Source of the DNA: the human T2T-CHM13v2.0 reference genome, Homo sapiens
Reading direction: 5' to 3' (one strand)
DNA length: 64,000 nt
NCBI RefSeq assembly: GCF_009914755.1
Contig: NC_060944.1
Position numbers and translations under genes: made by a program. Of the stretch, positions 47,687-64,000 are shown piece by piece (the first letter of the stretch is position 1; the number at the start of each line of letters is the position of its first letter). The notes beneath the pieces are model-generated. The model made no database searches. It saw nothing but the letters and a program-made list of their open reading frames with translations, and was not told where the DNA came from.

Positions 47687-50184
47687 TAATGAAAATTAAG
47701 ACCACTGGCGGTGGGGGGGGGGGGGGGGGGGAAGGCTCATTGTTGAACACAAGCCAAATGCCCTCGCATCTGATCAGCACCTGCCTGCATCTCCAGCTGT
47801 CCCTCATGCCATCTTCCTCCCGTTCCCTCTGCTCCAGCCATGCTGGCCTTTCTGTTCTTTGGGCACTGCCAAGCTTCTTCCTGCCTGAGGGCCTCTGCAC
47901 TTGCTGTGCCCTCTGCCTGGAACCCCATCCCCCAGCTCACTGCAGGGCTGGCTTGCTCAGTCTCATCATTCAGGCCTCAATTCAACTTTACCTCCTCAAA
48001 GAGGCTCTTCCTGGGCCCCCCAGTTCATGGCACTCCACTTGCCTTCCCGTTGCAAGTCACATTTTGGCAACACCCTGTGTGTTACTCTCTTCATTGTCTA
48101 AATTGGCCTATTTACCTGACGGTTCCCTCTCATTAGACCATAGAAACAGAAGGCTCACCTGAGTGAGTTACTCATCACTGTATTTCTAGTATCCAGGGCA
48201 GTGTCTGGTATGTAACAGATATTTGCTGAACAATTAAATTAATAACTTAATAGTCCCAAGGTGGTGGTAGGGAGTCCTCAATTGACATGCATTTTTTTTC
48301 ATTTTCAAGAAGTAACAACTATGAAATCGACATCAGTTTCAGATTTTAAATCACAGATTTAGACAAGGGGTCACCTACAACAGTCTTACTGAATCCACAG
48401 CTAACTGAATTGTGGAGGCTAGAAATGTGTATGGAGTTACCAGATTCTACATTCTATTAAAAACATATTTATCCAACAGGAGAGAAGTGATCTGATCCTT
48501 TAAAATGAGTCGCACTTTACACCCATGACACCCGATTGCCCAAAATAGAGAACAGATGGGTTACAAGAAACAAGAAAATGACTTTCACTTAATTTTTTAA
48601 TACTATTTTTAGTAGTAGCATTAGACTCCTCAGGTAATTAGACAATTACTAAATTATTCTGGTCACTGCGGGGACACAGCGCTCTGCCTTCCTGCTCTGT
48701 TAACCTCTGGTGTCAGGAGCACACGAGTTTCACTTCCAGGCCAAAGGGCACTGCATGGTAACAATAATTAGAGTAATGAATCAGAACTCCGGTTTAAATG
48801 AATCATTATTTGCCGAGTGCTTTTAATTATAAAGAATTTAACTCTAAAATTATAAAGAAAAGATTTACAGAAAGGTTCTCTATTGGAGAGACTAAATCGA
48901 GAACCCTTTTTTTAAAAAATTCTATAATTTAGGTTCTAGCCACGAACACGTGTCTTCATTTCTGTCCGCATTCCTCAGCACCTGGACCAAATCGTTATTT
49001 AACATTAGGCGCAATAACAAGACCTTTGACAAAGTAATTACTGTGGTTGGCAAGTTTCAGTATCCACGGATTTAAATGAAAAGCTGTACTGAGGGCATCC
49101 TTCATGAACTTCTGGATTTTGTAAAGCAATCTGCTTTCATATCTACAAAAGTCAAATGCTTCCACTAATATTTCAAACATGGGATAACACAGAGCCATGG
49201 GATTTTGTATTCCAGGTGAAACAATTCCCAAGCAAGGCAAAAAGAGAACCACAGACGGTCAGATGTTGACAAAGGCCTCACTCAGGAGACCATCTGACAA
49301 CGAATGAATTAGAAGACTACTATGATAGCCTGACCAACATCACAGGCCACAGGTTCAATGCCTCCACCCACATATCTTTCTCTCTTAAATTAATACTTTC
49401 CCACCTTTCCTACTAAAATGTTCCAGGAAGGAGAGGAAATACTCATTGGTGCTGAAACTGCTTCTTTTAATTGTTAAATAAAGTCTCATTTGCACACCAA
49501 ATGGTCATGCGCATACATCCTTAAGGCACTGAAACTGACCAGGGGCTGTGTTTGGATGATGCCTGTCTTAGGCCTGGCCTTCAAACATCCTCACATTCCC
49601 CATATGGAAGAGTTTCACATTGTACAGTGTTTATCTCTAACCTCCTCCCCATAGGCCCTTTAACCTATACACATTTCTTCTTACTTAAAAAATACCAGGG
49701 GAAAACAAAAACAGATGTGGCATCCACAGAGGCAGGTTATGACTCTTTCTGCCCTGGGGAAAAACCACTGGTCCCCTTATGGAGGGAGGGAGGGCAGAAC
49801 AGCTCCACACGAGGTCAGAAGTGACTTCAGAACCAAGCACAGGTCACTATTGGGAGAGGAATTAAGATCTCCAAATACAAAGGGCCCTGACTTGGGCCCC
49901 TGGGCGGGTGTCTCGAATCCTATAAAGCCCCTGAGTCATTTATAGCATCCCAGCCAATAAATGAGACACCAAGGCAAGGAAAATAGGCTTCCCTTTCCCA
50001 TTAGTAATCCACAGCTAGGGCCATTTCCTGACAAGAACTCCAGCCTGTTATTACAGAAAAGATTAATACAAAAATTAAACGTTGAGTCACCAGGAATGCC
50101 AGTTTTCTTTCCAAATGCAGTTAAAACTTCACCACATATGGGCATTCATACTATTAATGGATATTAGGAATGGGTTGCAATTGA

Positions 50185-50493
<309 letters not shown>

Positions 50494-50754
50494 GAAATAC
50501 ACTATTAAAGATAAAGAATTTCTGTTATGATAACCCTAACTAACCTGCCACATCAAAAAAGCTCAGAGCTGATGACTCATTCACCTCAAAGGGCCACCAT
50601 CAAAGAGACAGGATCAGAGCTACTACACCTCCAAATGAATCAGCTGAGCCACAGGCTGATTAAGTGACTAAGTAAATCCAATGTTTACTGTTTTAGAGCA
50701 GACATCATCTGCAACACAAAGTCAATAAATTTAAATGTACCCATATATCATCAT

Positions 50755-50935
50755 CATTCTCAACTTGGATGATTTTGACCCTCATTTGGTCATATCTGGA
50801 GACATAATTGGTTGTCACAACTGTGAGGGGACAGGGGTACTATAGAAATCTGTAGCATGCTGCTTAACCTCCTACAAGGCACAGGACAGCCTCCCATGAC
50901 AAAGAATAATCCAGCCCCAATAATGAGAAGCCTGA
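50755..50935 (+). mobile_element. MER20
   Basis: ttctcaacttggatgattttg...tctggagacat..ttggttgtcacaactg...cacaggacagcc. Confidence 0.78.
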
Positions 50936-50981
50936 CAGCCACTGAAACTATAAATCCAGGGCTTAGGACCAGGGTGAGTTA

Positions 50982-51436
<455 letters not shown>

Positions 51437-51562
51437 TTAAATTTGCTATGTGAGTTCCTCACTTGTCTTACTCTAGTCTGGACTGTGTTATGAAACCATT
51501 AAAAACCTTGACATGAGTGAAAAGAAGGAAGTTAAATAGTGTTATTCTGGCAGTGGTTCTTA

Positions 51563-51981
<419 letters not shown>

Positions 51982-52344
51982 TTAAAACTTTACAGGCAAT
52001 TCTGGTGGTCAACTCTAGTTAAAAAAGAAAGGAATATGATGGGTTCTCATTGAAAAGAAAACAGAGACAGAGAGAAATAAAGAACGCATCTATCCAGACA
52101 CACAAAGGCAGAGCATTTGGCGTTTTACCCACCCAGGTGTTAATACTGGTTACTGCCGAATGATATGAATACAGGTGAATTCAATGTTTTGTCTTTGTGC
52201 TTGGCCGTATGATTTATTTTTTCTGCAAAAAAACTTTCATAAATACCAGAAAGTTTTTTCAATGAGTAAAAAAATGAAGTAGGCTCCATGTCCCAGAGAA
52301 AACCACACTGACAAAAAAAATTCTTCCTCAAGAGAATGTAAACT

Positions 52345-52774
<430 letters not shown>

Positions 52775-52857
52775 TCACACGCTCATAAAAAAAACAACTC
52801 AGTAAATGAAAAATGACAGTTCACAGACCAAAGTATGTGGAATAATCCCAATTATGG

Positions 52858-53003
52858 TTTGAGACTGTCTTGCTCTGTCACCCAGGCTGGGTGCAGTGGC
52901 ATGATCTCAGCTCACTGCAACCTCTACCTCCTGGGTTCAAGCAAGTCTCCTGCCTCAGCCTCCAGAGTAGCTGGGATTACAGGCATGAGCTACCACGCCC
53001 AGC
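52858..53003 (-). mobile_element. Alu right-arm fragment
   Basis: Alu consensus. Confidence 0.87.
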
Positions 53004-53129
53004 AGGAAAAGTTTTTCAAGTACCTTCCATCTATATATATTGATCTTTGTATAAATATTGTATTGTACTACTGAACATTACAAAACAAGAAAAAAAATTC
53101 TAAAATCCTATGATAAAAATGAAAAACAG

Positions 53130-53450
53130 GGCTGGCTGCAGTGGCTCATGCCTGTAATCCCAGCACTTTGAGAGGCTGAGGTGGGCTAATTGCTGGAGCC
53201 CAGGAGTTCGAGACCAGCCTGGGAAAATGGTAACACCCCCTCTCTCTACAAAAAATACAAAAATTAGCCAGGTATGGTGACGCATGCCTGTGGTCCCAGC
53301 TACTTGGGAGGCTGGGGTGGGAAGATCACCTGAGCCTGAGGGGTCAAGGCTACTGTGAGCTGTGATGGCACCACTGCACTGTAGTCTGGGTAAGAGAGTA
53401 TAAGACTCTGTCTCAAAAAAATAAAAATAAAAATAAATAAGAAAACAAAA
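53130..53450 (+). mobile_element. Alu (J-type)
   Basis: TSD aaaatgaaaaayag. Confidence 0.9.
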
Positions 53451-53495
53451 TGAAAAATAGCATTTCTCACACAATTAGCTAATATCTCAAAATAA

Positions 53496-53855
<360 letters not shown>

Positions 53856-53874
53856 TAAACTTAAATTTTAAATC

Positions 53875-54235
53875 ATCATACCTGTTATTCAGCTACAAAG
53901 AGGAATAAAGTACATACACCTGCTACAACCAGGAATAACCTTGCAAATACTGTGCTAAACGGAAGACCGGCCAGACACAAAAGGTCACATATTGTTTGAT
54001 TCTATTTATAGGCAATGTTCAGAATAGGCAAATCCAGAGACAGAAAGTAGACTGACAGCTGGGGGGATAGAGCAGGGGGGTTTGGGAACTCAAGGGATGT
54101 GGGCTTTCTTTTTAGGGGTGATAAAAATGTTCTAAAATTAGACAGTACCAATGTTTGCACAGTATTGTGAACATATTAAAAACTACAGAATCATATGCTT
54201 AAAAGAGCAAATTTTATGGTTTTTAAATTGTATCT
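53875..54235 (+). mobile_element. L1M 3' UTR fragment
   Basis: ccagacacaaaaggtcacatattg...ataggcaaatccagagacagaaagtaga...aaaatgttctaaaattaga. Confidence 0.8.
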
Positions 54236-54264
54236 CCTTTTTCCATTAAAAGTACTAGTAAATT

Positions 54265-54567
<303 letters not shown>

Positions 54568-55225
54568 GTACTAGTAAATGAATAACCCAGGGGAAAAAAT
54601 CATCACAAGTCCTTAGCTGGTTATAGTTTTCTCTCCTAATGTGTTGGCCATTTTCTTACTGTTTACTTGGCCTTGTATTAACAATCTGAAGCTTTCCTGC
54701 AGGAATCTTTTAAAACCACCTGCTCTCTTTATGAGTCCAGTTTAGTTCAACCACATCCTTAGAACAAGTCACCTGGACACTCATAAACTGCGGCCTACAT
54801 TTCAACACTGGGAAAATAAACAACTGTGGAATTCCAGCCCCTTCCGCAGGACACCTCAAGGACCGGACCTGACAAGTACCTGTCTGATACATGGAGTGAG
54901 GGCCCCTGGGTCAACCTCAATAGTATTAGTAAGATTTTAATTTTGCATTAATTTTGGAGATGGAACTGAAATGTAAAGAGGCGCTTCCTGTACCCCAGTG
55001 GGTCATCTTGCAAACTCTTCCTTGGAGTCCACAGGTTTAGATACCCATGCTCTGAACAGGGATGAACCTCAGTTTCACAGCAGCTGTTCTCCAATGCTAC
55101 TGTACTCTGGAAACACCTGGTTCACCTGTTAAAACTGCAGGTCTGGGCACCACTCCTTGTGCTCCTGACTCTGGCCCAAGTGATCTAGCCCAGGGGTTCC
55201 AAAGGCTGTACTTTACGAAACACTG

Positions 55226-55545
55226 GGCCAGGCATGGTGACTCACGTCTGTAATCCCAGCACTTTGGGAAGCCAAGGCGGACAGATCACCTGAGGTCAGG
55301 AGTTTGAGACCAGCCAGGCCAACACGGTGAAACCCCGTCTCTACTAAAAATATAAAAATTAGCCGGGCGTGGTGGCAGGTGCCTGTAATCCCAGCTACTA
55401 GGAAGGCTGAGGCAGAGAATTGCTTGAACCCGGGAGGTGGAGGTTGCAGTGAGCCGAGATCGCACCCCTGTACCTCAGCCTGGGCAACAGAGTGAGACTG
55501 TGTCTCAAAAAAAAAAAAAAAAGAAAGAAAGAAAAAGAAGAAAGA
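55226..55545 (+). mobile_element. Alu (S-type) at the end of a MER5-like element (55080-55225)
   Basis: Alu consensus. Confidence 0.9.
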
Positions 55546-56596
55546 ACCACTGGTATAAGAACCCCTTACGAAGCTCTAAGGTGGGAGGCGTGACTGCAGT
55601 GGGAGCAGGGGTGATGTGCATATTTGGGATGGTTCCACAGCTGCAAATTTACTAAAGTCACCACACTGTGTATTCAACATGGCTGAACTTTCAGGTATGT
55701 AAATCATCCCTCGATAAAACTGGTTTTAAAAAAGCATGCAAAAGCTTCCATATGTCCCATCACACACGTGGTCCTGTGCTTATGCCAGGATGTTTAGACA
55801 TCACGAGAGAAAGATGCACACACTCTCACTTGGGTAGATCTGTACTGGAATTGTGAGCTCACCCCAGCCTCGCACAGCTAACCCTAACCCCACAACACAC
55901 AGCTGTGTCAGACTCAAGGCCGGGATGGGCAAACTGATTTATGAGCTTCCCCTAAGGAAGGAGTATGAGGTGAGGTTCACGGTAAGAAGTGTGGTTTTCT
56001 GAATTTCAACACTTTACAAAGAGTGTTATCTGTGCTAAGCCAAAAATGAACCATAAAAGCTAAAATACACAAATATCCTGAGAGGGGACGGCTTCCGTAA
56101 ACACCAGGAGCTCTTAAAAATACCAGCAACATGGCATGGGTGTAACTCCCACCGGATGTACACACCACCACCTGTGAAGCTGTCTAATATAACCATCAAG
56201 AGTCAACACGACTGAGAAGGGGCTGCGAGTGATACAGACATGTAGCTGGGTGCTGATATGCATGACAATCCAATCAATGAGCCCCCCAAGAAGGAGCCTG
56301 GTGGGCATTTGGGGTTGGTGGCTCCGAGGGAAGGGTCTAATTTGAGACACAGAAATAAGGCAGCTCACCCTGCCTGGAAGGCTGAAACATGGGAAAGGGG
56401 AGGGGATGAAGACCAAGGCTAGATCCCACTGCAAGTCTCAGACTCCACCACAGAGCTGATGGTACCGAGAGGCTCCTGAGAGGACAGCAAGAAGGAAAGC
56501 CGGGCAGCTACTGTGCAGGGGGTCACGGCAGACAGGCGAGGAAGGGGGTCACCTTGCTGAGTGAGTGAGAAGGGATGAAGACAAAAGGCCAAAGGT

Positions 56597-57246
<650 letters not shown>

Positions 57247-58834
57247 CTACGTTATAATCCAAAGCTCCAGGTCAGGCCTAGAGATGGAGATGGAGACAGA
57301 GACATCAGCATCCACAGAGCGATGGAAGCAGGGTGAGGGGCCATCCGGGGAACAACATAACAGAGTCCAGCACCGAGCCCCAGAAACACCAACCCCAAAT
57401 CACCACACAGAGGAAGACGGTCAAAGAGACAGAAAGGAAACGGGGGCTGTGCGGCTCATCCTCCCTGTCCAGGGAAGTTCCTCGTGATTTCTTAATAGTG
57501 CTAAAGTACATCTTTGAAAAAGGTCCATGGATCCATTTGGAGACCAGCCATGACGCCTCCCCATGGAGCCTGGAACAGCAACAAGGGCTTTGTTGCTGGT
57601 TGTAGATGATGACAAGAACTGTGTCAAGTCAGCTGTTCTAACTTAACATCCACTCCCACTGTCACACTGTCCCCTGCTCTGCCATTTTCAGGAGACAGCC
57701 TGGAAATCCAGCCCACTGACAAATGTTCCAGAAAATTAAATGTCAATTATGACCGTATCAAGAAGTATTCAGGGATTCTGCCTTTAACCTGTATACAGAG
57801 ATAATTCATTCATATTTCTTACTGGTCTTCTGACTATGGGAATGTTCTCTATTTCGACGAATTTAAGCAAAATATGACCTCCTTATTCTCTTGTTATCTC
57901 CAAACAAGTGCTGCAACATGGAGCTGGTCTAACGCGGTCTGGCTCAGCCTTGGATGTGCCTCAGAATTAGCAAGGGGTGTGTTTGTCTTACTTTTAAAAC
58001 CCAAAGCCACGCCCTGCCCTAAGTCTTAATGAGTAAGAATCTCCAGGGTATCAAGCCCAAATAAATGTCTCGTTTTTGTTCTGTGTTGTTTTGAAACTCC
58101 ACCAGCAATTCTGACACACAGCCAAGATGGGGACCCACCGGTCTAACACTTTAGGAATATTAGGATATTTGCCAGTAATACTTTCTCTGAAAAGTGACTG
58201 GTTTTGGGAAACTTGGTAGGAAAAATAAAGGTAGGAACAGATAAACTGCAAGTCATCTCTGATGAACTAATTTCTTCCTCGTGATTGTTGAGTTGAATGT
58301 AGATGAGAAACTAAAGGTAATCAATAACGTCATGATTATTTCACAAGCAGACCATTTGTTATTGGTGCTCCGGGTCATAGCCAGGGAAAGGGAAAACATC
58401 AACGTGGTCGTAAACTTGAAGTATAATCAACCAGCAGATTCCTTCTGGTTCTATTTATTGGGCATATAATTTTCTCACAGGTTTTTCCTAATGTCCATCA
58501 GCACTTCAGCAGAGCAGATTAGCCCTGAAGATAGGGAAGACGGGGAAGGACCCCAAATGCAATTTTATTCAAAGTGTAAAGGAAGTGTGGGTGTCATGGG
58601 TATAGAAGGGAGGTATTGGGGAGTGACTGCTGATGGGTAGAGGGCTTCTTTTTGGGGTAAACATAAAATCGATTGCAGTGACAGTTGCTCAACTCTGAAT
58701 ATGCTTAAAAAAAAACAATGAATTGTACTCTTGAAATGGGTGAATTGTACGGTATTGTGAATTACATCTCAATATAGCTGTTAAAAAAAAAAAAGTCAAA
58801 GAATTGTTTTGGGTGTTGAAATGGAAGGCTTTAC

Positions 58835-58947
58835 CTGGGTGTAAATGCTGAAAATGTGGCTTTGTACTTCGTCCATTGAGTCGAGGCCGTAGGCTACTGT
58901 TCCGAGATGGAGCCGTTTGAAAATCATCTCGTTCTGGGTAAGAGTGC
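58835..58947 (-). CDS. ATP9A: ATP9A coding exon (~13), 113 nt: (G)TLTQNEM...IFSIYTQ
   Basis: acceptor ttttag, donor CAG|gtaaa; completes DKTGTLT. Confidence 0.97.
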
Positions 58948-59952
58948 CTAAAACACAAGACAAATGAGTGGCCGGCCTGTCTCTCAGGATGTTTGTTATT
59001 ATTAACAGTAATGACAGCTGCCATCTTTGGAGAGTTTGCCCTATGTCACACACTGCAGTCAGTACTGTCCCTGCTGGGGAAGACACCTGCAGCATTTTGC
59101 CTGCCTAGAATCCCATTCCCCTTTTGAAAATGGCTTCCTAGCTTTCCCAGGGGAAATTAACCACACCATGCCCATTACCTAAGGTGGCCCAAGAGGACTG
59201 TCAATCAGGGGCCTGGCCCATTCCGTTGGCCAAGAGGGTGACAAATGACATACACTAGAGCAATCAGATTCTATCTCGAAGGATTCTGACCCTTGAGTAG
59301 AAAGATACATCCCTAATGGCAGAGCCCTACAGAGACCACCTGGAGGGTCCTAATGCTGACTTAACCAGAACTTTCCTGGTGGCTCTCCTTCCAGAAACCT
59401 CATTTTTCTCTGATTTGGTGAGCCGCCCAGGATCTTTGCATTAGCTTCCCTTCTACCCCATGGACATTAAGCAGTAGAGATGAGGCTGAAACCAGATCTT
59501 CCCCCTCCCAATCCTTGCTCTTCACCACTCTGATAGCCTAATGCCTGGACAAGCATTAAGTTGTGTAGCAGTATCAGGGTGTGGTCAGAGATCAGGCCTG
59601 ACTGCCTGAGTTAAAGCTTGCTTCGGCTACTATGCGCCCGTGACAAGTCACTTACCCTCTCTGGGCCACATTTCCTCATCTGTGGAAGGGGGACAGAAAC
59701 GCTACCTAACTCACAAGGTTCAGGTGAGGACTGAAGGAGTGACCGCACTGAAACTCCCCAGAATTGTATTCTGCACATAATTCTGTTATCATCATCTTCA
59801 TCACCAAAGAATCTTCATCAAAAGATGAAGGGAATAAAATAGCAGCAACACGCATCTCTCATATGTCCAGAGAGAGCCCAAGAATTTCAGCCAAAGCCCT
59901 CAGGCATCTTCTCTCACCAGGAATCCTGCGCAGGTCCCAGAAAGCAGCTCAC

Positions 59953-60095
59953 CTGTCTTGTCTGTGAGTAAGTACGAAATCCTGCCCAGCTGCTCAGGAA
60001 TCGTGCTGGAGCGAACCACGGTCCCGGGGATTTTTGAGTCCCTTCGAATCACCCAGCTGTACACGATCTTGCCCATGTCCAGGTTCACGCGCAAA
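59953..60095 (-). CDS. ATP9A: ATP9A coding exon (~12), 143 nt: (S)LRVNLDMGK...YLLTDKT(G), phosphorylated Asp
   Basis: acceptor gcctag, donor G|gtgag; DKTG motif. Confidence 0.97.
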
Positions 60096-60414
60096 CTAGG
60101 CACAAAACCAGAGCAAACAGGCTAACAGGACAGATGTAAGGCTCCTTGTATCTTTATAAAAACATGGACTCTAAACACATGTGCCATCGCATCCGGACTC
60201 ACTCCCTGCAGAAGCACACTGCCGGAGCTGAACGCACAGACTCAGCAAGAGCCAGCACCACCGTCAAGTCACACACGGAACAAATCCATTATTGTCACAA
60301 AGCTCATGTTATGGACTGAAGTCACTTAAAATACAGAAAGGGTAGTGGTTTCCATCTCACCTTTTAGAAAAATTACTGATCCCTTAAGCTAATATATTTT
60401 TGATGCTATATTCA

Positions 60415-61130
<716 letters not shown>

Positions 61131-61929
61131 AAATTTAATTTTACTGCACAAAGTAAATAGAAGTCTTCACATTAATTCATCATCCTATAAACTAATCAAA
61201 CTGCTTGCCATTTTACTGGCTAGCCCTGGGACAAATGAAGAGTCGACTCACCAATTTTTAATCATGTTACATGTAGAACTTTGAAGGCTACCACGTCACT
61301 TAGATTGAATACTTGTTTTGCTAGCAGTCAAGTCACTAAAGTGGATGTATTTATCCTCTGAATCCACCATCCAGAGCATGCTGACTTGGGCACAGTCCCC
61401 CTGTCCCTGTCACACTGTTTTACACAAAACGACAATCTCTGTCCCCAGAAAAAGACAAATTCTCACCAAGATGATCTAAATATATAAAATAGCAAGACAA
61501 AATATAAGATAATATATCAAGTATAAGACAGAGTATAAGCACTAAAAGTTTCAGGGAAAAAATATGTAATTTAATATTTACTAATTATCATGGGGAAAAA
61601 GTAGAAGCAAACAGAACAATATGGGGGAAAGTAGACTGCTAACCCACATCACAGAGCAGCTCTAAAAAATGATGGGACACACATACAAGTGATGTGAAAA
61701 GTTATTCAAAACACTGCTCCAATTTTTTGTAAAGGCAGATTTTAGTAGACCAAACTCCCCTTTTTCTAAAATCAAAAGCACTCTAGAAAAAAGTATATCC
61801 CATACTATTAACAATGATTATCACTTGGTAGTGAGAGCAGAGGTGATTTATATTTTATTCTTTTGCTAATACAGGCCTTCACTTTTTTCTACTATGAAAA
61901 TCTATTATTTATATCACTTTAAAAAACCA

Positions 61930-62243
<314 letters not shown>

Positions 62244-62607
62244 TCAACCTCCAAATCAGGTAGGCAAAGGACTGGCATGTGCCACCAAGCTTTCATTGCA
62301 CACCTACAGCAGACACTGCTGTCAATCACAACACCATTTCCCTTTGAGCCCAGATGCAGGCTCAAAATCCTTCTCAACACAGCAGTCCCAACAGCCACTA
62401 TCAACCTTGCAGAGCTGGCTGATGACAGGAGCTCTAAATGGCATCCCTAGCATAGGGAGGCAAGGCAAGGAAAGATCTCTGATTCAAGAAAGGATGGCTT
62501 GTGGAGGAATGTGATCTTCTGGTGCTAGAGCCTCAGTGTGGTTCACACTCCTGACTGATTGCTCTTGGTCCTCACTCTACAAAGAGATCTGCTCCTTCTA
62601 AAAGCCG

Positions 62608-62910
<303 letters not shown>

Positions 62911-62990
62911 AGCCACAGAACCATCATCTTTGAATGAGTAAAGAGAAGAAGACGTCACGGCAGCCAAACTCAAGCTCGTCGCCTGCTTAC

Positions 62991-63151
62991 CTAATGGGGA
63001 TGATGTTGGAAAACAAGAGGAGGAAGCGGATGATCTGCAGGTACCAACGGCCTGCAAAGTGCTGAAGGGCAACCATGACCAGCGAGACCACCACCAGGGC
63101 ACCAAAGAGGATCTTGGTGAGGCAGTTCACTTCCAAGTCGAACAGGCCGAT
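62991..63151 (-). CDS. ATP9A: ATP9A coding exon (~11), 161 nt: IGLFDLEV...FSNIIPI(S), TM3-TM4
   Basis: acceptor cccacag, donor AG|gtaag; P4-ATPase PISL motif begins here. Confidence 0.97.
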
Positions 63152-63539
63152 CTGTGGGACGAAGCACAAACCAGGGCTTGAGATGAGCTGGTGTAACTAA
63201 TCTCAAACCTAAACCAGGAGGTGGAGGCTGCAGTGAGCTGAGCCTCACTGCACTAACTCAGCCTGCCGGAGAGCTGGTCCTTCCCCTACAAACACCTCTA
63301 CCCCAGGTAGGACAGTGGGATCCATCGATCCTCATATCTTTGGTCTAAGAACACTGCTTCCATGGGCTGGTGTTCATAACAGGCATCCAAGGGAACTCAA
63401 AGAATTCTGAAAACTCAAAAAAATGTTTACAACTAAAGAAGATTTACACTTGGAAATGTATCAGCGAGTTACTGCTGTGCTGGCTGGGTCGTGTGCTGAA
63501 TAGCCTCCACCACCCTGCAGAGTGCCCTTGGCCTTGTAA

Positions 63540-63965
<426 letters not shown>

Positions 63966-64000
63966 TAATAATAATACATTTATCTTCATGTCTAGTCTTT

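Noticed and set aside
55878-55890. Telomere-like ctaaccctaaccc
   Set aside because: Only two units

Overview
Primate (almost certainly human, chr20q13.2) genomic DNA lying entirely inside ATP9A, a class II P4-type ATPase (phospholipid flippase) transcribed on the minus strand. Thirteen coding exons were mapped base by base with canonical GT-AG ends. They are exons 11-23 by my recalled transcript numbering and join into one open frame from TM3/TM4 (IIPISL) through DKTGTLT, the N-domain, TGDKLET and GDGGND to HGRNSYKR. The introns are dense with repeats: about 60 Alu pieces, MIR/L2, old L1, MaLR and ERVL-type LTRs, hAT and Tigger DNA-transposon fossils, and microsatellites. Repeat family names are recognised from memory and repeat coordinates are approximate. 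I found no CRISPR array, RNA gene or new protein-coding system; almost all non-exon ORFs in the track are Alu or simple-repeat artefacts. The most interesting unexplained structure is small-scale: a perfect fold-back hairpin joined to an exact 24-bp copy of sequence 2.6 kb away (likely template-switch repair scar); a second 26-bp dispersed repeat next to a palindrome; a stop-free in-frame 147-nt intron whose frame depends on a 23-bp duplication; a tandem duplication that copied a splice donor; a perfect 40-bp AT-rich palindrome; and six MER20 copies in 33 kb.
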